Virus record (IMG/VR): IMGVR_UViG_3300032373_000030
Location: 1-45,153 of that record
Reading direction: 5' to 3' (one strand)
Source of the DNA: a virus
Lineage: Duplodnaviria > Caudoviricetes
Length of the DNA stretch: 45,153 nt
The notes below the pieces were generated by a model that saw only the letters and a program-made list of their open reading frames with translations, did no database searches and had not been told where the DNA came from. Positions 33,581-42,843 of the stretch are shown here, in pieces; position 1 is the stretch's first letter; each line of letters starts with the position of its first letter. A program made the position numbers and the translations under genes.

Positions 33581-34267
33581 ATGACGCCGCCAACCGAGAC
33601 GGAGACGGCACCCGCGGAAGCGGATGTCGCTACGACTCAGCCCGACGCTCCCGAGACGGAGCCGACTGCAGACGCGAACGAGCCGGCACCGACCGGCGAC
33701 GAGCCCGCAGACGGCGAACCGACGACGGACTCGAGCACGTCCCAGGAAACCGATGACGCTGGGGATGATGCCCTGGCTTACGACGGGATCGAAGTGCCGG
33801 ATGGCACGCCGCTCGGAGAGAACGAGATCGCCGCGACGCTGACGTTCGCGCGTGATAACGAACTTCCTGAGGGCGTGGCGCAGGCGCTCGTCCAGCGTGA
33901 GCACGAGCAGGCCCTGGCTGCCATGGAGGACTGGGACAAGACGGTCAAAGGCTGGGAGCAAGAGGTCAAGAACCACGCGGAGCTCGGGGGTGAGAACTAC
34001 ACCCAGACGCGCACGTGGGGCAAGGCCGCGATTGCTCAGTTTGCCCCCGAGGGGATGGCTGACTTCTTGAACAAGAGCGGATACGGCAACCACCCGCTGT
34101 TTGTGCAGATGACCGCCAACGTGGGCAAGGCCATGGCCGAGCCGGGTGGACTGGCCCACGGTGGCCGGACCGGCGACTCGAGTCCCGAATCGAAGGCTCG
34201 CAGCCTGTTCAGCAAGTCGTGGAAGACGATGGAAGCCGCGGCGCGCAAGAACACGGGCGAAGCCTGA
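33581..34267 (+). CDS. Capsid scaffolding protein
   Basis: Acidic Pro-rich N-terminus and W...VK...ELGG..LN.SG.GNHP pattern; directly precedes the capsid gene. Confidence 0.75.
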   Translation: MTPPTETETAPAEADVATTQPDAPETEPTADANEPAPTGDEPADGEPTTDSSTSQETDDAGDDALAYDGIEVPDGTPLGENEIAATLTFARDNELPEGVAQALVQREHEQALAAMEDWDKTVKGWEQEVKNHAELGGENYTQTRTWGKAAIAQFAPEGMADFLNKSGYGNHPLFVQMTANVGKAMAEPGGLAHGGRTGDSSPESKARSLFSKSWKTMEAAARKNTGEA

Positions 34268-34278
34268 CGGAGTAGATC

Positions 34279-35301
34279 ATGGCAGCTCTAGGTGGATCTG
34301 TCCTCACGCTTGACCAGTGGGCCAAGCGGATGGACCCGGATGGTGGCATGGCCGATGTGGCCGAGCTGCTGTCCAAGGCGACGCCTCTCATGGAGGACAT
34401 GCCCTTCAAGGCGTCGAACCACGTCACGTCGCACCGGGTGACCCAGCGTACGGGTCTCCCCACCGTGACCCGTCGTCGGCTCAACCAGGGTATCAGCCCG
34501 AGTCGCTCGACCACGGATCAGGTGACCGAGACGATCACCATGTACGGCACCCGCAGCAACGTCGACAAGAAGCTGGTCGACCTGGCCGGCAGCGAGTCGG
34601 CGCAGGCGGGTCTGCGGTTCGACGAGGCGAAGCCGCACGTCGAGTCGCTGGGCCAGCAGGTCAACGATGACGTGTGGCACGCGGCGGTCTCGGACGACGA
34701 GACGATGTTCAACGGGTTCCAGACGCGCTACACGAGCACGTCTGGTGGCACGGGCGACAACGTGCTCCTGGCGGGTGCGAGCGGTTCGGATAACGCGAGC
34801 ATCTACCTGGTGGGCTGGGGTCCGATCCACGGCATCTTCCCCAAGAACTGCATGGCCGGCATCGACCACATCGACCACGGCATCCAGCTGGTGCCCGATA
34901 GCACCGGCATCACCGGCAGCATGGTGACGGCCTACTCCGACGAGTGGTGCTGGGACGTGGGTCTTGCGGTGTCCGACTGGCGCTACGGTGTCCGCATCGC
35001 GAACGTGGACGTGTACGACGTGCTCAACGTCAGTGGCACGCAGCAGCTGACCGACTACGGCACGAACATCCTGTTCCTGATGGCCGAGGCCATCCACCAC
35101 CTGCCGAGCCTGTCCAACTGCTCGCCGGTGTTCTACATGCCGCGTTCGCTCTACATCGCGTTCGACCGGCAGACGCTCGCCCGCACCACGGACAACGTGT
35201 TCAAGACCGTCGATGTCGATGGTCACCCGATGACCACGTTCCGCGGTGTGCCCGTGAAGATCGACGACACGCTCGGCTACGCCGAGACCGTGGTGTCCTG
35301 A
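34279..35301 (+). CDS. Major capsid protein (epsilon15 gp7 / BPP-1 Bbp17-like)
   Basis: TL..WAKR.DP.G, N..T.H....RTGLP....R.LN.G, SIYLV.WG...HGIFPK, GL.V.DWRY.VRIANVD, FRGVP. Confidence 0.9.
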   Translation: MAALGGSVLTLDQWAKRMDPDGGMADVAELLSKATPLMEDMPFKASNHVTSHRVTQRTGLPTVTRRRLNQGISPSRSTTDQVTETITMYGTRSNVDKKLVDLAGSESAQAGLRFDEAKPHVESLGQQVNDDVWHAAVSDDETMFNGFQTRYTSTSGGTGDNVLLAGASGSDNASIYLVGWGPIHGIFPKNCMAGIDHIDHGIQLVPDSTGITGSMVTAYSDEWCWDVGLAVSDWRYGVRIANVDVYDVLNVSGTQQLTDYGTNILFLMAEAIHHLPSLSNCSPVFYMPRSLYIAFDRQTLARTTDNVFKTVDVDGHPMTTFRGVPVKIDDTLGYAETVVS

Positions 35302-35315
35302 GAGGAGCCTGACCC

Positions 35316-35798
35316 ATGATTACCGATGCACAGCTTCTGTTCAGCGACGCCCAGGCCGTGACGGCCTCCGCCGCGAGCACCAACTACGTGGACCTCGGTC
35401 CGTTCGGCGACCCGCTCGGCGCGGCCACCAACTCCGGCATCGACATCGGGCACGGCACGCCCGTCTTCGCCTGGGTGACGTGCGATGTCGTCATGACGGA
35501 CGCGGGCGACGACTCCACCGTCGTCGTCACGATCCAGCAGGACGACAACACGGCGTTCTCGAGCGCGACCACGGTGGCGACGTTCACCACGTTTGCGGCC
35601 GAGAGCGCCGCGGGCACGCAGTATTTCGTGCAGCTCCCTCCTGAGTTGACGTACGAGAAGTACCTCCGGGCGTACTTCACGGTGGCCGACGGCAACCTGA
35701 CGACCGGCTCGTTCTCGTGCGGCCTGAGCCTCGACATGCCCAAGTGGGCCGGTCGCGCGCAGGGCCCGCAGTTCAGCAAGGGTACGGCGGGATCCTGA
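35316..35798 (+). CDS. Bbp16-like capsid cement protein
   Basis: MITDAQLLFSDAQAVTASAASTNYVDLG..DIG.G.P..FS..YLR.Y.TV; follows the capsid gene. Confidence 0.8.
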   Translation: MITDAQLLFSDAQAVTASAASTNYVDLGPFGDPLGAATNSGIDIGHGTPVFAWVTCDVVMTDAGDDSTVVVTIQQDDNTAFSSATTVATFTTFAAESAAGTQYFVQLPPELTYEKYLRAYFTVADGNLTTGSFSCGLSLDMPKWAGRAQGPQFSKGTAGS

Positions 35799-35807
35799 CC
35801 TGATCCT

Positions 35808-35912
35808 GGCGGCGTAGCTGGTCCCTCCCGGCTACGTCGCCTGCACCACCGATCCGAGTCCGCCGTACGCGGCCTTTCACCAGGGACTCACCGCTGCGGC
35901 GGGCCTCGGATC
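35808..35912 (+). terminator. Tandem RNA hairpins after the capsid operon (attenuator, terminator or stabiliser)
   Basis: 14-bp stem at 35808-35821/35828-35841 with two G-U pairs and loop UCCCUC. A second long stem spans 35851-35912. No U-tract. Confidence 0.5.
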
Positions 35913-35933
35913 ACCTCTCTACGGAAACAAGCC

Positions 35934-36524
35934 ATGGCGCTCATGTTGGTCGCCCGCGACCGCGGGTTCGTGAACAAGCATCCCGAGACCATCGAAGATG
36001 GTCGCGTGACCTCGTGGAAGCCGGGCGTCGTCCATGAGGACGATGTCTTCGAGTGGCACTACAGCTTCCCCGTGGACGACTACGACGAGGCCACGCAGCT
36101 TGCGCTGCTGCCGCTGTGGTGCGATGCGCAGGACCCGGAAATCCAGGAGAAGCTGGTGGATCTCCGCAGCGACCCAGAAGCGGTGCAGGAGATCCGGCGC
36201 CGCGTGAGCAAGCACCGTGCCGGGCGCACGACGGGCGGGTTCGACCCGTATCGACGGCACGCCAACCTGGACCAGGCGCGCCAGCAAGCGAAGCTGGCGG
36301 CCAAGCGCGCGGCTGTGGCTCCGGCTGCGCCCGTAGCCGCTACACCCGAGCCCGCGAGCGAGCTTGCCGACGGAATCCACGCTGGCGGTGCCGGCTGGTA
36401 CACCGTCAAGGTCGGCGAGACGGTCGAGAAGGTGCGCGGCGAGGATGCGGCGAACGAGCTGCTGCAGCGCCTCGAGGCCGGTGCAACGATGGAGTCCCGC
36501 GCATCCGACGCGGCCCCCGCCTGA
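35934..36524 (+). CDS. Hypothetical protein in the head-tail module
   Basis: ORF with a C-terminal H.GGGWY.V...EKVRG module. Confidence 0.6.
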   Translation: MALMLVARDRGFVNKHPETIEDGRVTSWKPGVVHEDDVFEWHYSFPVDDYDEATQLALLPLWCDAQDPEIQEKLVDLRSDPEAVQEIRRRVSKHRAGRTTGGFDPYRRHANLDQARQQAKLAAKRAAVAPAAPVAATPEPASELADGIHAGGAGWYTVKVGETVEKVRGEDAANELLQRLEAGATMESRASDAAPA

Positions 36525-36535
36525 GGGGGTGAGGC

Positions 36536-37234
36536 ATGACCACCGAAGTCCAACTCTGCAACCTGGCGCTCTCCCAACTGGGGGTGACGGAGCAGATCGC
36601 GTCTGTGGGCACGGGAACGCTTGCCGAGGTCACGGCGACGGGCCTCAAGGTGGACCTGTGCAACCAGTGGTACGCCTACTCGCGCGACGAGTTTTTGAAG
36701 GCGTACCCGTGGAGGTTCGCGCGCAAGTTCGCGACGCTCGCGCTCGCCGACGACGGGACTGGCGAGATTTGGCGGTTCGAGTGGGCGAACGCCTACACGT
36801 ACCCCACGGACTGCCTGCAGTTGCGCCGGTTCGTCAACGATCTCGGTGGCGGCTCATGGGGCTACGGCGAGCCGTACAACGCGAGCGAGTTCGCGGGTGC
36901 GGACCTGTCGTGGCGCTACGTCGTGCGGGTCCATGACGGCGACAAGGTGATCCTGACCGATGTGTCCGAGGTGGATGCGGACATGGAGTACACCGAGAAG
37001 GTCACTGACCTGGATCGGTGGGACGGCAACCCGTCGGCGGTGACATCGTTGATGTGGCTGCTGGGGCATCGGCTCGCGCCTGGGCTGTCGCTGGGCCGCG
37101 ACCTATCCATCCACTGCTGGCAGATGTACCAGCAGGAGGTCCGCGCGGCGCGCGCTCTCGACGGCAACGAGGACAACCCGCATCCCGCGGGGCGCGATGG
37201 CGGATCGTACATCGCCGCGCGAGGCAGCGACTGA
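36536..37234 (+). CDS. Tail tubular protein A / adaptor
   Basis: T.V..CNLAL..LG, L..YPW.FA, W..AY.YP.DCL, LA..L pattern. Confidence 0.8.
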   Translation: MTTEVQLCNLALSQLGVTEQIASVGTGTLAEVTATGLKVDLCNQWYAYSRDEFLKAYPWRFARKFATLALADDGTGEIWRFEWANAYTYPTDCLQLRRFVNDLGGGSWGYGEPYNASEFAGADLSWRYVVRVHDGDKVILTDVSEVDADMEYTEKVTDLDRWDGNPSAVTSLMWLLGHRLAPGLSLGRDLSIHCWQMYQQEVRAARALDGNEDNPHPAGRDGGSYIAARGSD

Positions 37235-40176
37235 TGGCGACCGGGCAAGGGATCATCCAACGGTCCTTCGCCGGAGGCATCATCGACCCCGCGCTGGTGG
37301 CTCGGGGCGACACGAACAAGAACGCATCGGGGCTGCGTACCTGCCGCAACTGGCAGATCGCGCGCACGGGCGTGTTGCAGAATCGCGCGGGCTGGGGCTA
37401 CGTCGCGACCGCGAAGGACAGCCACGACGACATCCGGCTGGCCAAGTTCGCGTTCAACGACGCGCAGACGTACGTGCTGGAGTTCGGCACGGGCTACGTG
37501 CGGTTCTTCCAGGACGGCGCGCGGTTGCTGACTGGTAGTCAGTCGGATTGGGCCGACGCGACGGCGTACGTGCCCGGCGACATCGTGGTGGACGGTGCTG
37601 CAGGAGGTAGCAGCGGCGACTACTTCTACTGCGTTGCGACGCACACGAGCAGCGACGGCGACAACGGCCCGCACGACAGCGACAGCACGGGCACCGAGAC
37701 GGACATCCTGACGCAGTTTTGGTACGGGCCGCTGACCCTGGAGAGCCCGAGCGCGATCCTCGAGTTGCCGACGCCGTACGCGCAGGCGGACCTTGGGGAC
37801 TTGGACTTCGCGCAGTCGGGCGACGTGGTGACGGTCACGCACCGTGACCATCCACCGCACGAGCTGGTGCGTACGTCGAACACGGCGTGGACGTGCCTGC
37901 CGGTGGCGTTCAAGCCGCAGGCGAAGGCGCCGTACGACCTGGAGAGCCCATCTAGCGGCGCGACCGCCGGTAGCCGGAATGTCCGCTACATGGTCACGGC
38001 GGTCATGGCGGACAGCGAGACCGAGAGTTTGCCCGCGCCGAACAAAACCACGGTGAGCGGGCGGGCGCTGGACAATCAGACGTCGACGACGTTGCCTTTG
38101 AAGGTGACGGGCTCGTCGCACGGGCTTGAGACTGGCGACCCGGTGTATATCGTGGGGGCGCCATCCGATACGCCACTGACGCAGGCGAACGAGAACGCGC
38201 TGATTGCGTTGCAGGACTGCGTCTTCACGATCACGGACGACGTGGACATCCCCGGCGATGACTTCACGTTGGACCAGTCGACGGGCATCCTGACGAGCCC
38301 CGCGCTCGCGGTGACGTTCCCGGACGTGGAAGTCGAGTACGCACCCGCCTACCTGGAGTTCGACTCCATCAAGGTGCCCGGCACCGGCAGCGGCAACGTC
38401 ACGCTACTGTGGCAGGCCCCCGCCGACGGGTCGGAGGTGCAGGAGTACCGAGTCTATCGCAGCGTCGACAAGGGTCCGTACGGGCTCATCAAGGTCGTTC
38501 ACGATACGACCATGGTGGACGGCGAGGTCGACTACGAGGCCGACTTGACGCTCACGCCGCAGCTGTACGGAAACCCGTTCCGGTACGGCAGCTGGCCGCG
38601 TGTGGTCGGGTACTACCAGCAGCGCGTGGTCTACGCCGGCAGCAACGACTACCCGCAGCGGGTGTGGATGAGCGTGTCGGCGGACTTCCGCAACTTCGCC
38701 CGGCACGACCCGGTGCAGGACAATGACCGGGTGATCTGGACGATCAGCGGCACGCAGGCGAACGAGATCGTGGGGCTTGCGGATCTCGGCCAGCTCATCG
38801 TCTTCACCAACGGCGCGATCTGGACGGCCGTGGGCGACCAGGACGAGACGATCACGCCGACGGCGATCAACCCTCGGGCGCTGTCGTACGAGGGCGCTAC
38901 GGACCTGCAGCCGGCGCTGATGACGGACGCGGTGATCTACGCGCAGGCGCGCGGCAGCCAGGTGCGGGAACTGCGCTTCAATCTCGCCGACGGCGGCTCG
39001 AGCGGCTTCCTGGGGCGCAATCTCACGGTCTTCGCGGCGCACCTGTTCGACGGCTACACGATGGTCGATTGGGACGACGCCGAGGCACCCGAGCCGATCC
39101 TGTGGGCGGTGCGGAGCGACGGCACGGTGCTGGGCTTGACGTACCTGACCGAGCACGACATCTGGGCGTGGCACGAGCACACGACCGGAGCGTCGGGCGA
39201 GGCGCTGTCCATCGTGGTTGTCCCCGAGGGTCAGCGTGACGCCCCGTACTGCCTCATCAAGCGTACGGTCGACGGCGCAGACGCCTACTACATCGAGCGC
39301 ATGGCGGCCCGGCAGGTTGGGTATCCGGGCGTCGACCCGCGCGTCGGCAGCCTCTTCATGGACTCGTTCCTGACGTATGACGGGACGAACACGAGCGCAA
39401 CGACGCTGACCCTTACGGGTGGTTCCACGTGGAACATTGGCGAGACGGGCCTGACGCTGACGGCGAGCGTGGCGACGTTCCCTGGCGACTCGAGCAACGT
39501 CGGGAACGGCTACCGGCTGGTGGCCACGGCCGACGACGGGACCATGTACGAGGTCGAGGTCGAGGTCACAGGGGACGCGAGCACGACCGTCCAGACCGTG
39601 ACCACGCTGGCGGCGCGGACGGTGAGCGAGGACTACGCCACGTTTACGGCGGTCACGTCGGTGCCGACCCAGACGCGCGCCACGGCGCTGTCGGCGTGGG
39701 TGGCGATGGTGGACGATCTGTCCGGGTTGGGCCACATCGAGGGCGAGACGGTCGCGATCCTGGCTGACGGCAACGTGCTGGCCCAGCAGACGGTGACGAG
39801 CGGCGCGCTGACCACGTTGGCGCGGCCCTACGGCGTGATCCATGTGGGTTTGCCAATCAGCGCCCAGGCGCAGACCGTGGACATTGACCAGGTCAACACG
39901 CCGGATGCGGTACTGGACCTGCAGAAGATCGTCGTGGGGGCGAATGTCGCCGCCAAGAACACGCGGGCGCTGAAACTCGGGTACACGGCCTCGGGCGCGA
40001 GCACCATTGACGGACTGTCCGGGTCTGCGAACACCTACCTGACCGGCAAGTACCGTGGGCGCATGAGCACAGACTGGAACAACCACGGGCGGCTGTGGCT
40101 GGTGCAGGACGACCCGGTGCCGGCCGAGGTGGACGCGATCATCACGCACGTCACGATCAAGGACCGGGAGCCGTAG
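37234..40176 (+). CDS. Tail tubular protein B / nozzle with inserted modules
   Basis: QRSFAGG.I.P.L..R.D, G....R.G, LEFG..Y.RF, Q.GDV, WAWH.H, HVGLP. True start is ATG 37234. Confidence 0.85.
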   Translation: MATGQGIIQRSFAGGIIDPALVARGDTNKNASGLRTCRNWQIARTGVLQNRAGWGYVATAKDSHDDIRLAKFAFNDAQTYVLEFGTGYVRFFQDGARLLTGSQSDWADATAYVPGDIVVDGAAGGSSGDYFYCVATHTSSDGDNGPHDSDSTGTETDILTQFWYGPLTLESPSAILELPTPYAQADLGDLDFAQSGDVVTVTHRDHPPHELVRTSNTAWTCLPVAFKPQAKAPYDLESPSSGATAGSRNVRYMVTAVMADSETESLPAPNKTTVSGRALDNQTSTTLPLKVTGSSHGLETGDPVYIVGAPSDTPLTQANENALIALQDCVFTITDDVDIPGDDFTLDQSTGILTSPALAVTFPDVEVEYAPAYLEFDSIKVPGTGSGNVTLLWQAPADGSEVQEYRVYRSVDKGPYGLIKVVHDTTMVDGEVDYEADLTLTPQLYGNPFRYGSWPRVVGYYQQRVVYAGSNDYPQRVWMSVSADFRNFARHDPVQDNDRVIWTISGTQANEIVGLADLGQLIVFTNGAIWTAVGDQDETITPTAINPRALSYEGATDLQPALMTDAVIYAQARGSQVRELRFNLADGGSSGFLGRNLTVFAAHLFDGYTMVDWDDAEAPEPILWAVRSDGTVLGLTYLTEHDIWAWHEHTTGASGEALSIVVVPEGQRDAPYCLIKRTVDGADAYYIERMAARQVGYPGVDPRVGSLFMDSFLTYDGTNTSATTLTLTGGSTWNIGETGLTLTASVATFPGDSSNVGNGYRLVATADDGTMYEVEVEVTGDASTTVQTVTTLAARTVSEDYATFTAVTSVPTQTRATALSAWVAMVDDLSGLGHIEGETVAILADGNVLAQQTVTSGALTTLARPYGVIHVGLPISAQAQTVDIDQVNTPDAVLDLQKIVVGANVAAKNTRALKLGYTASGASTIDGLSGSANTYLTGKYRGRMSTDWNNHGRLWLVQDDPVPAEVDAIITHVTIKDREP

Positions 40177-40177
40177 C

Positions 40178-40714
40178 ATGTGCGGGAAGGCATACGCCTC
40201 GATCCAGGCAGGGCTGGACGCCGATGATCGCAGCAAGGCGCAGGCGCGCATGCTGCGTCTGCAGGCGAAGGACGCGCGCGAGCGCGGCATGTCCGAGGCC
40301 ACGGAGGCGAGGCGGCAGGGGCGCATCGTGCGAGGGGCGCAGCAGGCCCGTCACGCGGCGATGGGGCTCGAGGTGGACTCTGGCAGCGCGGCCGACCTGG
40401 CGTACGACACGGGCTCCATGAGCGAGCGTGACGCGCTGACGATTCGGAACAACGCGGTGCGCGAGGCGTGGGGGTACAACCAGCAAGCACGCTTCGTGCG
40501 GTACGAGGGCAGGCTGGCGAAGCGTGCCGGGTGGCAGGCTGGGTGGTCGTCGGCGGTGGGCGGCACGCTGAGCGCGATCTTCTCGATGCCGGGCGGTAGC
40601 AGCACGCCGAGCGGCCCGCAGGGCGGCGGTTCATCGGCATCCGGGTCAGCGGGCGGGATGAGCGCGTACAGCACGGGCCGCACGAAGACCTACGGGCAGG
40701 GGCCGAACCCATGA
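40178..40714 (+). CDS. Internal virion protein (small, T7 gp14-position analogue)
   Basis: A.DA..RG..G.Q.A..AA.G....SGSA.D....D..TIR.NA.REAWG pattern. Confidence 0.7.
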   Translation: MCGKAYASIQAGLDADDRSKAQARMLRLQAKDARERGMSEATEARRQGRIVRGAQQARHAAMGLEVDSGSAADLAYDTGSMSERDALTIRNNAVREAWGYNQQARFVRYEGRLAKRAGWQAGWSSAVGGTLSAIFSMPGGSSTPSGPQGGGSSASGSAGGMSAYSTGRTKTYGQGPNP

Positions 40715-42843
40715 GAGTTCCGGCACTGACGCAGCGGCAGGTCCGGGCCGCGCCGCTTCCGGGGCTACGGCAGCCGGCGGTTCCGCGCGCAAACCGCGCA
40801 GCGGGGCTGACGCAGGCCGGGCAGGCAATCATCGGCCAGGTGGCGAGGAAGCGTCAGCAGGCGCAGGTCGAGTCGCAGCGGGCGAAGATCCAGGCTGACA
40901 CGGTGGCGGTGGCGCACGCGCGCAACGCAGGCCGCCGGGCACGCCTGGACGCCTTCTCGACGCCGCTCACCGGACTGGATCACCTGAAAGGCCGCGAGCT
41001 GTGGGCGGCGTCGGATCCGGCGCGCGAGGCGTTCGAGACGCACCTGTCCACAACGCTCAACAACCTGTCCCCAGACCAGCAGATGCTCGCGGGGCCGTTG
41101 TTCGACGAGGAGCGGCTGGCGTTCGACGAGCGCATGAACGCGCGGCTGGGCGCCGAGTACGATGCCGAGGCGGCGGTAGCGTTCTCGGACTCGCTGGTGC
41201 TGCTGCGTGACAGTGCGGTGGATCAGGTGGGGACGATGGCGGACCCGCTCGAGGTCGGGCGCGCGGCGGTCGAGGAGTTGGACGCCGTGCTGATGACGGC
41301 TGGCACGTCGGTGCTGCCGGACGTGCCGGGCGTGAGCGACACAGAGGCGCGGCGCGGTGTGTTGCGCGGCGAGCAGCTGAGCAAGCTCCACGGGGGCATG
41401 ATCGACACCCTGATCGCCGAGGGCGAGGCTGAAGCTGCCGAGGAATACTACGAGGCGTTCCGCGAGGATCTGCTGCCCGAGACGCGTGTGAAGGCGGCCA
41501 ACGCCGTACGTGGTGCTGCCGAGGGCGCGAAGGCGGATCGGATCTTCGGCGAGGTGTACGACCCGAGCGAGTTGCGGATCGGCGTGGGCGCGCAGGAGGC
41601 GGACGACTATCGCTCGCCTGAGGCGGTCATCAACGACGACGTGGCGGCGGCGCGGGCGGCTGCCGAGGAAGCCGGGCTGAGCCCCACGGCGACGCTGGCG
41701 CTCGAGGAGACCGTGCGCAGGTCGGGGCAGAACCAGCACCGTGCGCTGCAGGCCGAGGAGCAGGCGCTGTTCGGCGAGATCCACGGTCAGATCGCGTCCG
41801 GCGAGGTGGACGGCGTGTCGGTACTGACGCGCCGCGCGGGCGACCTGCAGAACCTGACCGCCGAGAGCCTGAACGCGCTGTCCGGGCTTGTTCGGGCGCA
41901 AACGCGCACGCAGGTCACGGCCGAGCAGCAGGACGGCGCGAACGCGCTGTACTACACGCTGCGGATGCAGGGCGAGAGCCCGGACGTGGCCGAGCAGGCG
42001 GCGTTCGCGCAGAAGGATTTGCGGCTGCACTTCCACGACCTCGCGACGATGCGCGAGGACGGTTCGTGGGACACCAAGCGTTTCGACGAGTTGGTCACGT
42101 TCCAGGACGAACTGCGGAGCGACGCCTATCAGCGTGCGGGCGGTGGCAAGCAGGACGAGGCGCAGCGCAAGCGGGCGCTGCTGGCCGCGACGGGCGTGGA
42201 CGACGTAGCGAAGATCGACCCTGCCGAGGCGGGCCGCATGTACGCCCTCATGGTCGAGCGGCAGAACGCTTGGGAGAGCGCGAACGGCCGCAAGCCCGGC
42301 GCTGGCGAGTTGTGGTCCGAGGTGCTGTACCCGATCATCAACACCGAGATCGAAGGGCAGTTGACGGGCGTGCCGGTCGGACTGCCCGGCAACAAGGCGC
42401 CGCTGCTGCTCCAGCAAGATGACATCGACGAGGACTACCAGTGGTCCCTGTGGCAGTCGCACCCAGACGCCATGGAGCGGATCGAGCGCGAGTTGATCCA
42501 GGTGTACGGCTGGAACCGTCCGGTGCCAGAGAACGCGCGGCGGCACGCAATCATCGGCTGGCTGGGCAGCAAGGCGCCCGGCGCGGGGATGGAGACCACG
42601 CGAGACGTTTTCTTCCCACCCGAGCGCGACACGCCAGACGGGGACCGCGCGATCACGGCCATCGTGCGCCAAGCGGCGGCTCCCACCCCAACGCCCACCC
42701 AGGCTGCGGGTGGCTGGATGAGCGACGTGGCCGATGTCGGCCGCGGGTTCGTCGACACCCTTGGCGGTGATCTTGGCGCGCTCAGGGATGCCGCTGCCCA
42801 GGGTCCGCTGAGTGGTCTGTTTGGCGAGGAAGATCCCGACTGA
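40711..42843 (+). CDS. Internal virion protein (helical, gp15-position analogue)
   Basis: Ala/Glu/Arg-rich helical ORF between the small internal protein and the giant protein. Confidence 0.65.
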   Translation: MRVPALTQRQVRAAPLPGLRQPAVPRANRAAGLTQAGQAIIGQVARKRQQAQVESQRAKIQADTVAVAHARNAGRRARLDAFSTPLTGLDHLKGRELWAASDPAREAFETHLSTTLNNLSPDQQMLAGPLFDEERLAFDERMNARLGAEYDAEAAVAFSDSLVLLRDSAVDQVGTMADPLEVGRAAVEELDAVLMTAGTSVLPDVPGVSDTEARRGVLRGEQLSKLHGGMIDTLIAEGEAEAAEEYYEAFREDLLPETRVKAANAVRGAAEGAKADRIFGEVYDPSELRIGVGAQEADDYRSPEAVINDDVAAARAAAEEAGLSPTATLALEETVRRSGQNQHRALQAEEQALFGEIHGQIASGEVDGVSVLTRRAGDLQNLTAESLNALSGLVRAQTRTQVTAEQQDGANALYYTLRMQGESPDVAEQAAFAQKDLRLHFHDLATMREDGSWDTKRFDELVTFQDELRSDAYQRAGGGKQDEAQRKRALLAATGVDDVAKIDPAEAGRMYALMVERQNAWESANGRKPGAGELWSEVLYPIINTEIEGQLTGVPVGLPGNKAPLLLQQDDIDEDYQWSLWQSHPDAMERIERELIQVYGWNRPVPENARRHAIIGWLGSKAPGAGMETTRDVFFPPERDTPDGDRAITAIVRQAAAPTPTPTQAAGGWMSDVADVGRGFVDTLGGDLGALRDAAAQGPLSGLFGEEDPD

